This document shows, piece by piece, positions 30,599 to 39,092 of a stretch of 64,000 nt of DNA (position 1 is its first letter; every line of letters starts with the position of its first letter). The DNA is from a virus. Taxonomy: Duplodnaviria; Heunggongvirae; Uroviricota; Caudoviricetes. Under the pieces are notes generated by a model, which was not told the DNA's origin, made no database searches, and saw only the letters and a list, made by a program, of their open reading frames with translations. The position numbers and the translations under genes were made by a program. The stretch lies in IMG/VR virus record IMGVR_UViG_3300020061_000005. One strand, 5' to 3'.

Positions 30599-31119
30599 AA
30601 ATGACACCGGAAACGCTCCTCAAGATCATGCCGTACACCGCCTCGCGCGCCGGCACCTATGCGCCACTGCTAACGGCAGCAATGGTTGAGTTCAATATCG
30701 ACACCGCGCTGCGCCAGGCTGCGTTCTTGGCGCAGGTGTGCCACGAGTCTGGATCGCTGCGATACACGCTGGAGGTTGCGGATGGACGGGCATACGAGGG
30801 CAAAGCCGATTTGGGTAACACCCAGCCAGGAGATGGACCACGCTATCGAGGTCGGGGGCTCATACAGATCACCGGACGAGCCAACTACGGGGCCGCAGGA
30901 TTGGCGCTCGGACAGGATTTACTTGCGACTCCCGAAATGCTGGAGCAACCCGCGCTTGCTGCTCGCTCTGCAGGTTGGTTCTGGAAAAGTCGAGGACTGA
31001 ACGCGATGGCCGACACGGATGCATTCGGCTCGATGACCAAGAAAATCAACGGCGGCTACAACGGTCTGGATGACCGCCTGGTTCACTGGCTACGGGCTCG
31101 CAAGGTACTCGGGCTATGA
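30589..31119 (+). CDS. Endolysin, glycoside hydrolase family 19 (chitinase-like lysozyme)
   Basis: AAFLAQVCHESGSLRYTLE ... YRGRGLIQITGRANY ... WFW ... INGG are GH19 hallmarks. Confidence 0.8.
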   Translation: MEIEMTPETLLKIMPYTASRAGTYAPLLTAAMVEFNIDTALRQAAFLAQVCHESGSLRYTLEVADGRAYEGKADLGNTQPGDGPRYRGRGLIQITGRANYGAAGLALGQDLLATPEMLEQPALAARSAGWFWKSRGLNAMADTDAFGSMTKKINGGYNGLDDRLVHWLRARKVLGL

Positions 31120-31448
31120 ACAAGCAACAGTGGTTGAGTTGGGCTGAAGTGTTTGACTCCTGGCGCGTCATTCCGCGGGTCTTCTTCACGGCCTGTTTCA
31201 TCTGGGTGGTCTACACGACGGACGTGCTTTTGCGCTGGTATGTCGCGTTGCCGAAGGATGAGCGTGGTTTGGAAGCGGCTGGTTTCGGCGCGATCGTCTT
31301 TACTGCGCTGGTCGGGTTCCTCAAACTGGTGTTCGATACCTACTCGAAGAACGGACGGGATTGGAATCAGCAGCCTATCCAGACCACCAGCACCACGATG
31401 CAACAGACCACCATCTCAACGCCCCCTAAACCAGTGGAGCCGGAATGA
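31116..31448 (+). CDS. Holin-like protein (2 TM)
   Basis: ATGA-coupled to the endolysin. Two hydrophobic segments. Confidence 0.5.
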   Translation: MNKQQWLSWAEVFDSWRVIPRVFFTACFIWVVYTTDVLLRWYVALPKDERGLEAAGFGAIVFTALVGFLKLVFDTYSKNGRDWNQQPIQTTSTTMQQTTISTPPKPVEPE

Positions 31449-31678
31449 TCTTCGAGCCAGGTAAAGAGAAGGACCGCGTGCCGGTACTGCAAGACGGCCT
31501 GCCTGTGTGGGCAGAGCATGGTGAGTACGTGATCTCGCGCGCAGTGACGGCGGTGGGCATTCGCTCGGATGCCTGGCTGCGACAGTACGATGCCAGCGGA
31601 CGGCGTGATCTCCCTCTTCAATTGGCTGGTAGTGTCACAGCGCGCGAAGCGCTCAAAGCCTGCCAGGGACCACGCTAA
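31445..31678 (+). CDS. Hypothetical protein
   Basis: ATGA-coupled ORF. Confidence 0.4.
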   Translation: MIFEPGKEKDRVPVLQDGLPVWAEHGEYVISRAVTAVGIRSDAWLRQYDASGRRDLPLQLAGSVTAREALKACQGPR

Positions 31679-31689
31679 ACAGGTGACTC

Positions 31690-32742
31690 GTGAAAAAACT
31701 ATTCCTTAGCCTTGCGCTTCTCGCCTTGGGCACCGTCCAGGCTGAAGGCGTCTACGTCAGTTCCTGGGTGGTTGGCCAGCAGCCCAACTATCCCGCGCAG
31801 TACAGCGTTGTTGCCAAGCCGGGGCCGACCGCGATTGTTTCCGTGTGCGATAGCGCCGCGACGCCGGTGGGCCCGGTGGACATGTGGAGCTGTCCACGCC
31901 GCTGGGTGCTGCAGAGCACGGTGAAGCCGACTGACAAGATCGGCTATTGCTACGGTGCGGGCACAGTGGTGGCCAACTGCACGCAGGGGTTCCAGCTGGC
32001 CAGCGTGATCTGGGGAGGAGTGACGCCGGAGCCGCCGGTGATCGAGCCGCCCGTTGTCGGCAACAACACCATCAACGTGAAGTGGATACCGCCGACGCAG
32101 AACACGGACAACTCACCGGTTACCAATCTGGCCGGCTACCGCATTGAGTACGGCAGGGCCACCGGCGGCGGTGCGTTCTCGTGGTATCAGCTGATCGAGG
32201 TTCCTGGCGCGACCGTCAAGACCTACACCATCACGGCATTGCCGGATGGGACTTACCAGATCAGCGTCAAGGCGTACACGTCGACAGGCGCCGAATCAGA
32301 TCCATCGGCCACAGTGAGCGTGACCAAGGGCGGCACGACTCCACCGGCCTGCACCGCACCGAAGCCAGCGAACAAGGTGAACGCCTGCCCGCCTGGGACC
32401 ACGGGCACGTGGACGCAAACCTATGTGGCCGCTGCTTACCCCACCTGCTGGACTGCGACGCCTACCAGCGCTCCGGCGGGCGCGTGCGTGGCTGTTCCGC
32501 CGCCCACGAAGACGCTCAAGACCGCTGAGACGATCGGCTACAAGCTGAACATCGGCAACGCGAACAAGGGCACGTACCAGCGAGTGGGAACGTTCCCCGC
32601 GCCCGTGGCCTGCACTGTGGCCGCATACAGCGATCTGAACGGGCTGGTGCGCAACGTGATCAGCGACTACCGCAAGGTGGTGGTGGATGCTGTCGGGAGC
32701 AAGCCGCCATTGCAGGTGTATGCGAAGTGCGCGCTGCAATGA
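31690..32742 (+). CDS. Secreted Cys-rich protein with FN3-like domain
   Basis: GTG start after AGGTGA. Signal peptide MKKLFLSLALLALGTVQAEG. Confidence 0.5.
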   Translation: MKKLFLSLALLALGTVQAEGVYVSSWVVGQQPNYPAQYSVVAKPGPTAIVSVCDSAATPVGPVDMWSCPRRWVLQSTVKPTDKIGYCYGAGTVVANCTQGFQLASVIWGGVTPEPPVIEPPVVGNNTINVKWIPPTQNTDNSPVTNLAGYRIEYGRATGGGAFSWYQLIEVPGATVKTYTITALPDGTYQISVKAYTSTGAESDPSATVSVTKGGTTPPACTAPKPANKVNACPPGTTGTWTQTYVAAAYPTCWTATPTSAPAGACVAVPPPTKTLKTAETIGYKLNIGNANKGTYQRVGTFPAPVACTVAAYSDLNGLVRNVISDYRKVVVDAVGSKPPLQVYAKCALQ

Positions 32743-32960
32743 CAGAGAAGAGGAAGGCCAAGGGACGGCCGATTGCGGTAACGGAGAAAGATCGAGGCAT
32801 GTGGTGGCGGTTGTACTTGCATGGCCTGACTCCCAAGGCAATCGCCGTCAAGTACGAGGTATCGGAGGGGGCCGTGCGCCGCGACCTGTTCGGCCGGCCC
32901 GCCAGGGATGGTTACAACAGGGGCCAATTGTGCGGGATGCGCATCGGCATTTACGAATGA
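32727..32960 (+). CDS. Small HTH DNA-binding protein
   Basis: GLTPKAIAVKYEVSEGAVRR is HTH-like. Confidence 0.4.
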   Translation: MRAAMTEKRKAKGRPIAVTEKDRGMWWRLYLHGLTPKAIAVKYEVSEGAVRRDLFGRPARDGYNRGQLCGMRIGIYE

Positions 32961-32968
32961 GGTGAGCC

Positions 32969-33460
32969 ATGGGCCTGATCCTGAAGTTTCTCGGCGGACC
33001 GCTTGGGCTGTATGCGCTGATCGCGGTGGGCGCGAGCCTGGCTGGCCTCACTGCCTACGGCTATGTGCAGCACGCGAACGCAGCGCGCTACCAGGTGGAG
33101 CGCGACCAGGCGCGCACGCAAGTCAAGGGCCTCGTGGTGGCCGTGGAGTCGAAGGACAAGCTGATCGCAGATCTCACGACAGCACTGCAAACCTGGCAGA
33201 AACGTGCTACGGAAAGCAAGGTGGCCTCCGATGCGGCTGGCGATCGTGCCCAGCAATACCAATCCCAACTCAGCGCCGCCAGAACCAAGATCCACGCGCT
33301 GTCGGAGAGTGACCGTGCGTTACCTGATTGCTCGAAGCTACTGGCTGTTGATCTCGCTGCCGTTTGTCCTGGGAACGCTCTGCGGATGCGCGAGTGGACC
33401 AAGCGTGGTCTACAAGGACCGAGTGGTGGAAGTGCCAACCCCGGTAGTCCAACCGGTTGA
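32969..33460 (+). CDS. i-spanin (Rz-like)
   Basis: GAGGTGA RBS. N-terminal TM then a coiled-coil. Carries the embedded +1-frame lipoprotein gene. Confidence 0.6.
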   Translation: MGLILKFLGGPLGLYALIAVGASLAGLTAYGYVQHANAARYQVERDQARTQVKGLVVAVESKDKLIADLTTALQTWQKRATESKVASDAAGDRAQQYQSQLSAARTKIHALSESDRALPDCSKLLAVDLAAVCPGNALRMREWTKRGLQGPSGGSANPGSPTG

Positions 33461-33620
33461 TCCGCGGCTGCTGGGGGACTGCGCACCGGTGATCAGCCTG
33501 CCAGGCACCGGCGCACTGACGATCAACGATCTGCTGGAGCGTCTGGGAGCGGTGGAGTTCGCGCTGGATCTGTGTCGGAACGACAAGGCGGAGCTTCGGA
33601 AGTCTCAGCCTGTTCCTTGA
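33315..33620 (+). CDS. o-spanin (Rz1-like) lipoprotein, embedded in and extending past Rz
   Basis: GTG seven nt after GGAG. Signal peptide MRYLIARSYWLLISLPFVLGTLCGC with a lipobox-like Cys, followed by a Pro-rich mature part. Confidence 0.55.
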   Translation: MRYLIARSYWLLISLPFVLGTLCGCASGPSVVYKDRVVEVPTPVVQPVDPRLLGDCAPVISLPGTGALTINDLLERLGAVEFALDLCRNDKAELRKSQPVP

Positions 33621-33777
33621 AATGCTCATCGAGCCAGCCCTTCAGCCAGCGGCACCACAGCAGGCATTGGTGTGAGTGTTGCTTGAGCGGCGTGAGCGCC
33701 CAGCCATCATAAGGATTCACTTCGGAGCCGGCGTGAAAGGCCATGACACCTGCGGTGTACGCCTGCCGCGCCTCCAT
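33523..33777 (-). CDS. Ribosome modulation factor (Rmf)-like protein
   Basis: ARQAYTAGVMAFHAGSEVNPYDG...WLKGWLDE parallels Rmf (RAHQRGYQAGIAGRSKEMCPY...WLGGWREA). Its ATG overlaps the upstream stop (TGATG). Confidence 0.4.
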   Translation of the reverse strand: MEARQAYTAGVMAFHAGSEVNPYDGWALTPLKQHSHQCLLWCRWLKGWLDEHFKEQAETSEAPPCRSDTDPARTPPLPDAPADR

Positions 33778-34103
33778 CAAGTGGCGGCGTCGCTGCTCTC
33801 TGGTTTCGGTGGTGTTGTCGTAGCGCACACTGCCTCGTATTCCTGCCACTTACTGCATGCTGGTGTGCGCGCCAGGATGTCGGTACCGCGACCGTGTGTC
33901 CACCTGGCGCGGATCAGCTCGCACTTGAGCCAGCGCCGCCCGCGCACGGCGAACTTGCATGAGCCGCACGTCTCATCGGTCGGACCAGTGCCAGGCATGG
34001 CGGCATAGCCCTTGGGCTGGACGTAGTGCTTGCCGCCCTTCGGGCCGCGGCCTCTGGTGGTCGGCTGGGATTGCTCAGGTGCGTCGCCGAAGAGATCTTT
34101 CAT
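33777..34103 (-). CDS. Hypothetical Cys-containing protein
   Basis: ORF with CGSCKF...C...C. Confidence 0.45.
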   Translation of the reverse strand: MKDLFGDAPEQSQPTTRGRGPKGGKHYVQPKGYAAMPGTGPTDETCGSCKFAVRGRRWLKCELIRARWTHGRGTDILARTPACSKWQEYEAVCATTTPPKPESSDAAT

Positions 34104-34341
34104 TCAGCTTCTCCCACGCATTCAGCACGATGTGGCCCACGGTGTTGAGGCGGTAGAGCGGGCGCGCGATCGACGGGCCTCTATCCACGTCGACCACGCC
34201 CTTGATCTCCAGTCGCTTGAGGAACACGTACACCGAGGAGAGATTGATTCCCCGCACCGAAAGCTGCTTGCCATACTGCCAGTCCCTGTTATTCAGGGCT
34301 CGCATGACGGTAATTTCTCCAGGTGAGGGGAAGGTAATCAT
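34075..34341 (-). CDS. Winged-helix transcriptional regulator-like
   Basis: GEITVMRAL...GINLSSVYVFLKRLEIKGVV is wHTH-like. Confidence 0.4.
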   Translation of the reverse strand: MITFPSPGEITVMRALNNRDWQYGKQLSVRGINLSSVYVFLKRLEIKGVVDVDRGPSIARPLYRLNTVGHIVLNAWEKLNERSLRRRT

Positions 34342-34504
34342 TTACGTCTTCGCGCATCTCGCTGCGCTTGAGCGTAGCCACGTATATAGCCTGAGTTCCA
34401 GTATTGCCGCAGGACAGTCGTTAGTTCATTCGGTGGCACCGGTCGTGTCCACCTTATGAACCGGGCCGCTGCAGCCGCAGCCCGGCCATGGAGAGACTTG
34501 CGTT

Positions 34505-35035
34505 TCATTGCATTAGCAACTGTGGTTGATCGCCAGGCTCTTCCTCCTCTTCTTCCTCGTCCTCCGCAGCGCCGAACATCTCCTCCTGCGTCGCCTCGAA
34601 TTCGATATCGCAGTCGGTGTCCATCATCTTGATCAGCCGCGCCGCATCGCGCTCGGCATCGATCTCCACCTGCAACGTGCCCGTCACCTGGATCTCGTGC
34701 CGGTTGTTGAAGGTGATCTCGATGTTCTTCAGCTTGCCGCCGCTGAACGACAGGTACGGCTTCTTGAGGTCGATGCCATACATGCGGATGTCCAGCCCTT
34801 CTGGCTTGCGGTGCACTTTGAGCGGTGAGAGGTAGGGGAAGAGAAACGCGCCGCCTTCATAGGCTATGTCGCTGAACTTGCCATCCTGCACCGGGATGAA
34901 GCGATCGATGTCGCGCTTGGTGCCACGGAAGGAGATGGGGATATCGACGGCGGGTACTTTGTCTTTGCCGTGCAGCTCGTTGCGAGTGTTGAGCTTGCCT
35001 ACGTGCATCGTTCGTCGGTCAATGATTAGTCGCAT
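34505..35035 (-). CDS. Hypothetical protein with poly-Glu C-terminal tail
   Basis: 176 aa ending EDEEEEEEEPGDQ. Confidence 0.5.
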   Translation of the reverse strand: MRLIIDRRTMHVGKLNTRNELHGKDKVPAVDIPISFRGTKRDIDRFIPVQDGKFSDIAYEGGAFLFPYLSPLKVHRKPEGLDIRMYGIDLKKPYLSFSGGKLKNIEITFNNRHEIQVTGTLQVEIDAERDAARLIKMMDTDCDIEFEATQEEMFGAAEDEEEEEEEPGDQPQLLMQ

Positions 35036-35036
35036 A

Positions 35037-35279
35037 CTATTTCGGTCGCCTCATGCTGGTGAGAATAACTCTGGTGCCTTTGTCGGTCCGCTCCACTGTA
35101 TAGATCACGCCACGTTTTCGGGATTGCTTGGAAGCCTGCACCCTAATCGACTGTTCATCCTTGCGTCCAGGTACGTGGAAGTCGTCACCCTTCTTTTTCA
35201 ATGCATCCCATGGGTAGCTTCGTCGGATGGGGGCAGGCTTGCCAGACCTGACTGAAATTTCTTGTGATGGAACTGTCAT
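35037..35279 (-). CDS. Hypothetical basic protein
   Basis: ORF. Confidence 0.45.
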   Translation of the reverse strand: MTVPSQEISVRSGKPAPIRRSYPWDALKKKGDDFHVPGRKDEQSIRVQASKQSRKRGVIYTVERTDKGTRVILTSMRRPK

Positions 35280-35288
35280 AGAGGACGG

Positions 35289-35312
35289 AATTTACAAGGT
35301 AATACGGGTTAT
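35289..35312 (+). promoter_or_regulatory. Phage direct-repeat motif instance (TTTACA-A-GGTAATAC-GGGTTATAGC)
   Basis: Lies in the intergenic region below the sigma-factor gene. In + orientation it would read antisense into that gene. Confidence 0.35.
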
Positions 35313-35314
35313 AG

Positions 35315-35863
35315 CTAGAAGGATGCACCGCGCCTGCCCCTCTTGATGGGAATCCGTTCCATATAATCCTGTAGCGCTTGAGAATTTCGCAGCGCTGCGT
35401 ACGCGCGAGCCAGATCACGAAGCACGGTGCGGTAAGTCAAATGATACTTATCGGCTATCTGCTTGTAGGTGAGCTTTTCGAAGGCGTGCTCCATCAACAG
35501 GTACGCCTGTCGCGGTGGAAGCGTCTCCAATGCCCGATACAACACCACCTCGAACTCCTCGGCTGAGAGAATGTCATCTGGCGTACCGCGCTCGATCTCA
35601 ATGTCCTCCAGTCCCTCATCATCATGTGGATGGGCGTTGCGGCTGCGCTCACGCCATTCATTCGCGACGTTGGCAGCGATGCGGAAGAGATAGCTCTGCG
35701 GGTTAGTGATCAGCACATCATCGCTGTAGCGCAGGACGCGAAGGAACACTTCTTGGGCAAGATCATCTATGTCGGCGGTGGGAATGGAGGAGCGAGTAGC
35801 GAGCCACCGTTTTATCGGGGCTTGCCACGTGGAGAACAGTGCAGCCAGGTTATTGGCCGGCAT
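35315..35863 (-). CDS. ECF-type sigma-70 family RNA polymerase sigma factor
   Basis: Region 2 is DDLAQEVFLRVLRY...YLFRIAANVANEWRER. Region 4 is LPPRQAYLLMEHAFEKLTYKQIADKYHLTYRTVLRDL. Start taken at the internal Met to avoid overlap with Lar. Confidence 0.7.
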   Translation of the reverse strand: MPANNLAALFSTWQAPIKRWLATRSSIPTADIDDLAQEVFLRVLRYSDDVLITNPQSYLFRIAANVANEWRERSRNAHPHDDEGLEDIEIERGTPDDILSAEEFEVVLYRALETLPPRQAYLLMEHAFEKLTYKQIADKYHLTYRTVLRDLARAYAALRNSQALQDYMERIPIKRGRRGASF

Positions 35864-36128
35864 TCCCCTTATCCTCTGCTCTCGTTTCCATCCTTGCTCT
35901 CGCGCGTTCCTGTTCAACTGGGCAGTGCGGAGCATGCCAACCTGGTCCTAAAGTCCGCGGTCCATCACAACAATTCTCCACGTACACTGTTGCCCTGGTG
36001 TTCCAGCGCTTCAGCGATTGAGCCGTGGCGCCACAGGTCTCGCATTCAGGCCCGCGCTCGCCTTCGCCATTGAGCCAGCCGTTCGGATCGACGCTGCCAC
36101 CACAGAACGGACAGTCGAGGTCACTCAT
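35850..36128 (-). CDS. Lar-family restriction alleviation protein-like
   Basis: Begins MSDLDCPFCGG...CETCG. GGAGAGGAAG RBS. Confidence 0.5.
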   Translation of the reverse strand: MSDLDCPFCGGSVDPNGWLNGEGERGPECETCGATAQSLKRWNTRATVYVENCCDGPRTLGPGWHAPHCPVEQERARARMETRAEDKGNAGQ

Positions 36129-36235
36129 TCACTTCCTCTCCCGCAGCAGCTCGTGCATCGACCAGTGCTTGCGCCCACGCAATTGTCTTTTCATCCCACA
36201 GCCAGGGACTTTTCAGGACGAGTACTGGATCTAGG

Positions 36236-36598
36236 TCAATCATCGTTCTCTCCCTGAGTCGGACGTTTGAACTGCAGCACCTTTGCCGTCGGCGCGGGCT
36301 CGCCGAAGAACTCCGCTTTCCCGCGCTCCCACTTCAGTGCCAGCTCCGGAAGGAAACGTAGCCTATATTCCAGCTTGCGCATGTACGCGGAGCGCAGAGT
36401 TGCCTCCGTGATGACGTGATAGACGTCCAACGTCACCAGCTGCGCCATCGGCTTCTGTGCGGTCGGCCGTAACTCAAGCGCGGTGATTCGTTCTTCGCTC
36501 CCCGGACCGATCAGCACCCACAGGTCGCCGACGCGAAGGGGTATTGCACGGCGTTCGCGCAGCTTTCTGACGCGGTACGTCACGACTGGTCCTCGCAC
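36236..36598 (-). CDS. Hypothetical protein
   Basis: GTG start. Confidence 0.45.
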   Translation of the reverse strand: MRGPVVTYRVRKLRERRAIPLRVGDLWVLIGPGSEERITALELRPTAQKPMAQLVTLDVYHVITEATLRSAYMRKLEYRLRFLPELALKWERGKAEFFGEPAPTAKVLQFKRPTQGENDD

Positions 36599-36939
36599 TT
36601 CGTTGCGGTTGAGTAGCGCTCAAGCTCGCTGATCGCCTCGCATACGTGGCACTCCGGGCCGAAGTCCAGATGCTTACGCAGAGAAGGCAAGATCCACGCG
36701 GCGATACGCTGTATATCTTCGAGCGGAACCGTTGGCCTGGCGGCCTTTTTCGCCCGACCGAATTCCTCTAACTGGTTGGCACCTTCCAGCCAGCTCACGA
36801 TCATCATCTCGCGCGCCGCCTTTATCGAGATCCGCAAATCATCTGGGATACCCAGCGGTACAGCCTGCGCGACTGAGGCGGTGGCTTGCGCGAACAGCGG
36901 GTGATCGAGCAGATCCTTGTATTCTATGCACTTGGTCAT
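36580..36939 (-). CDS. Hypothetical protein
   Basis: ORF. Confidence 0.45.
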   Translation of the reverse strand: MTKCIEYKDLLDHPLFAQATASVAQAVPLGIPDDLRISIKAAREMMIVSWLEGANQLEEFGRAKKAARPTVPLEDIQRIAAWILPSLRKHLDFGPECHVCEAISELERYSTATKCEDQS

Positions 36940-37184
36940 GGCTTGGGCCGGATTGCTGGCGTGTCGATGGAAATCTTTACCAGATCGAAGGGATAGCAGC
37001 CTTGCGCTATGGTGCCATCCCAGCCAAAGCGAGCCACCGCCTTGTCGAACTTCACGAAGCAGGTGTTGAGATCGCTCACGCTCGATATGGCACCATCCTC
37101 GCAGTCGTGATGGCGGATGTCATCGTAGGCGTGGCCAGGGACGTAGCGCACCCGATCGCCTGGCTTGAATTGTGTGGCGCTCAT
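36936..37184 (-). CDS. Hypothetical protein
   Basis: Internal ATG coupled to the upstream stop. The longest ORF starts at a TTG. Confidence 0.4.
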   Translation of the reverse strand: MSATQFKPGDRVRYVPGHAYDDIRHHDCEDGAISSVSDLNTCFVKFDKAVARFGWDGTIAQGCYPFDLVKISIDTPAIRPKP

Positions 37185-37591
37185 TCCAGGATGAACTCCT
37201 CTTCGCAATGCGGACAGGTGACCTTCTTGCCGGTGACGGCGACTTCCACGCGAGAGGCCACGCCATCCTCGCCGATCACCAGCCGCCAGCGATCTGTAAT
37301 ATCTTCGCCCTGCGCTTGCAGCTCGCCAATGAGACCGAAGCGCGGGAATTCCTTGCGCATGTGTTCGACCACGGCGTTGACTTGCTTCTCCATCTCATAG
37401 GTCTTTTCAGCACCGTTCCATTCGAGTCCGCCGCGCTTGATCTCCAGATCGATGTACGCCAGATCCTTGACCTTCCACGGATGGATGGCCTGGTCATCGT
37501 TCAGGATGCTGTTGAGGAAAGCGCGCTCTACGGCACCGCTCAGAGGCGGATCGAAGTGCAGCGTGCCAACGAATCGAGTGGTGTAGCCCAT
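37181..37591 (-). CDS. Hypothetical protein (C-terminal CxxC)
   Basis: ATG at 37591 after GGAGA. The longest ORF begins with TTG. Confidence 0.45.
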   Translation of the reverse strand: MGYTTRFVGTLHFDPPLSGAVERAFLNSILNDDQAIHPWKVKDLAYIDLEIKRGGLEWNGAEKTYEMEKQVNAVVEHMRKEFPRFGLIGELQAQGEDITDRWRLVIGEDGVASRVEVAVTGKKVTCPHCEEEFILE

Positions 37592-37653
37592 GAGATCTCC
37601 AGAAAAAGAGGGCGCCGGCCAATGGGAGGACAAGCCACCGGCGCCCGTAAAAC

Positions 37654-39036
37654 TTACTCTTCCTCGTCGTACTCCACCTCGGTCTCCTCGCCAGCCACGA
37701 TGTTGCGCATCACGGCGTCGAGGGTGATCTTCTGCTTCGGCTTCTTGCCATTCAGCAGCTCGATCTGCGGCAGGATGGTGTTGGCCGCATCCAGCAGCGC
37801 ATCCCCGGACAGCATCGAGACCATCGTGCCAGGCTCCTGCAGCGCGAGCTGCGCGATCTTGGCGCGCTTCACCACCTCGGCCACGACAGCCGGGATGTTG
37901 CCGGCCAGCAACTCGCCCACGGGCGCGAGATCTGCCGCAGGGTCGATCGCGCCCTTGCCGTACGCCAGGATCAACCTGGTGATCGCCTCGCCATCAGGCG
38001 GTGGCACCTCGATCACTGCATCCAGGCGGCCTGGGCGCAGCATGGCGCGGTTGATCTTGTCCATGTGGTTGGTGGTCAGCACCACGATGATGTTGGCGGT
38101 CTTGCTGTCGATGCCATCGATCGTGTTCAGGATATCGTCCATCTTCACGGAGCGGTCCCCGGTCACGACCCGATCGATGTCCTCGCAGAAGATCACGCAG
38201 GCGGGTGACTGGTACTGCTTGGCGAAGCTGATCGCCTCGGCCAGCTCATCCGCGCGCGGGATGTAGAGGTAGGTGATCCCTGCGCGCACCGCGAGCTTGG
38301 AGGCCACTGCTGCGGTCATCGTCTTGCCGGTGCCGTAGATGCCACCGAGCAACACGCCGCGCTTGAGCGCGATGCCGTTGGCCAGCAGATCCTTTGTGCG
38401 GGTGATCGGCGTGAACAGGTTCACGTTTACCATGCGCTCGATCGACTTCGGCAGGATCAGCATCTTCTCATCGATGTTCTCGGTCTCCAGGAATTTCGGC
38501 TCCGGCATGAGTAGCTTGCCACCCGCATCATCGAAGAAGCGGATGCGCAGCGCCTTGCCGCGATAGATGCTGTTGGTGGCGATTTGCTCGCGCAGATCCG
38601 CAAAGATCGCCTTGATGGTCGGCTCGTCCTTGCGCAGCACGGAGGCCGCGACGGCGAACACGTATCGACCGTTCTTCATCGAGAACGAGTTCTGGATGAT
38701 GCCTGTGATGTTGGGTAGCTTGAACTTGCCCCATGGCACCTGGCACACCTGGTTGAACCCGATCTCGACGTTGATCATCTGCGGGTAGAAATCAGCGGAA
38801 GGGATAAAGCCGAAACGGCGTGTGAGTACAGCTTCGAGCTGCACTGCGCCGTCCAGCGGGAATACTTCGAAGGCTTCGGTCAGGTTGATCTCCTGCTGCT
38901 CGTAGACCCGGCGAGCCTGGATCAACTTCTCTGCTTCATCGAGTGTCATGCCATCGGGGAGAATCATCTTCTCTCCCATGAACACGATGTCGGCAGCAAC
39001 GTGTCGGGTGATGGCGTCTTTCAGTTCCGTAGGCAT
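37654..39036 (-). CDS. AAA+ ATPase
   Basis: Walker A GGIYGTGKT, Walker B VIFCEDID, and SRH MLRPGRLD. GGGAGA RBS. Confidence 0.75.
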   Translation of the reverse strand: MPTELKDAITRHVAADIVFMGEKMILPDGMTLDEAEKLIQARRVYEQQEINLTEAFEVFPLDGAVQLEAVLTRRFGFIPSADFYPQMINVEIGFNQVCQVPWGKFKLPNITGIIQNSFSMKNGRYVFAVAASVLRKDEPTIKAIFADLREQIATNSIYRGKALRIRFFDDAGGKLLMPEPKFLETENIDEKMLILPKSIERMVNVNLFTPITRTKDLLANGIALKRGVLLGGIYGTGKTMTAAVASKLAVRAGITYLYIPRADELAEAISFAKQYQSPACVIFCEDIDRVVTGDRSVKMDDILNTIDGIDSKTANIIVVLTTNHMDKINRAMLRPGRLDAVIEVPPPDGEAITRLILAYGKGAIDPAADLAPVGELLAGNIPAVVAEVVKRAKIAQLALQEPGTMVSMLSGDALLDAANTILPQIELLNGKKPKQKITLDAVMRNIVAGEETEVEYDEEE

Positions 39037-39068
39037 ACAGCGTCTCCCATTGGGTTAGTGTTTCAAGG

Positions 39069-39092
39069 CGGCGCGAGTATTACCTGTGTTAC
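39069..39092 (-). promoter_or_regulatory. Phage promoter-motif instance (TTGCGG-N-GGTAACAC-AGGTAATAC) upstream of AAA+ ATPase operon
   Basis: + strand reads GTATTACCTGTGTTACC, between the PurA-like stop and the AAA start. Confidence 0.45.

Noticed and set aside
36121-36243. 40-aa micro-ORF between Lar-like gene and upstream gene, with ATGA/ATGATTGA overlaps at both ends
   Set aside because: It is below the size threshold and has no recognisable features. It is mentioned only as a possible coupled mini-gene.
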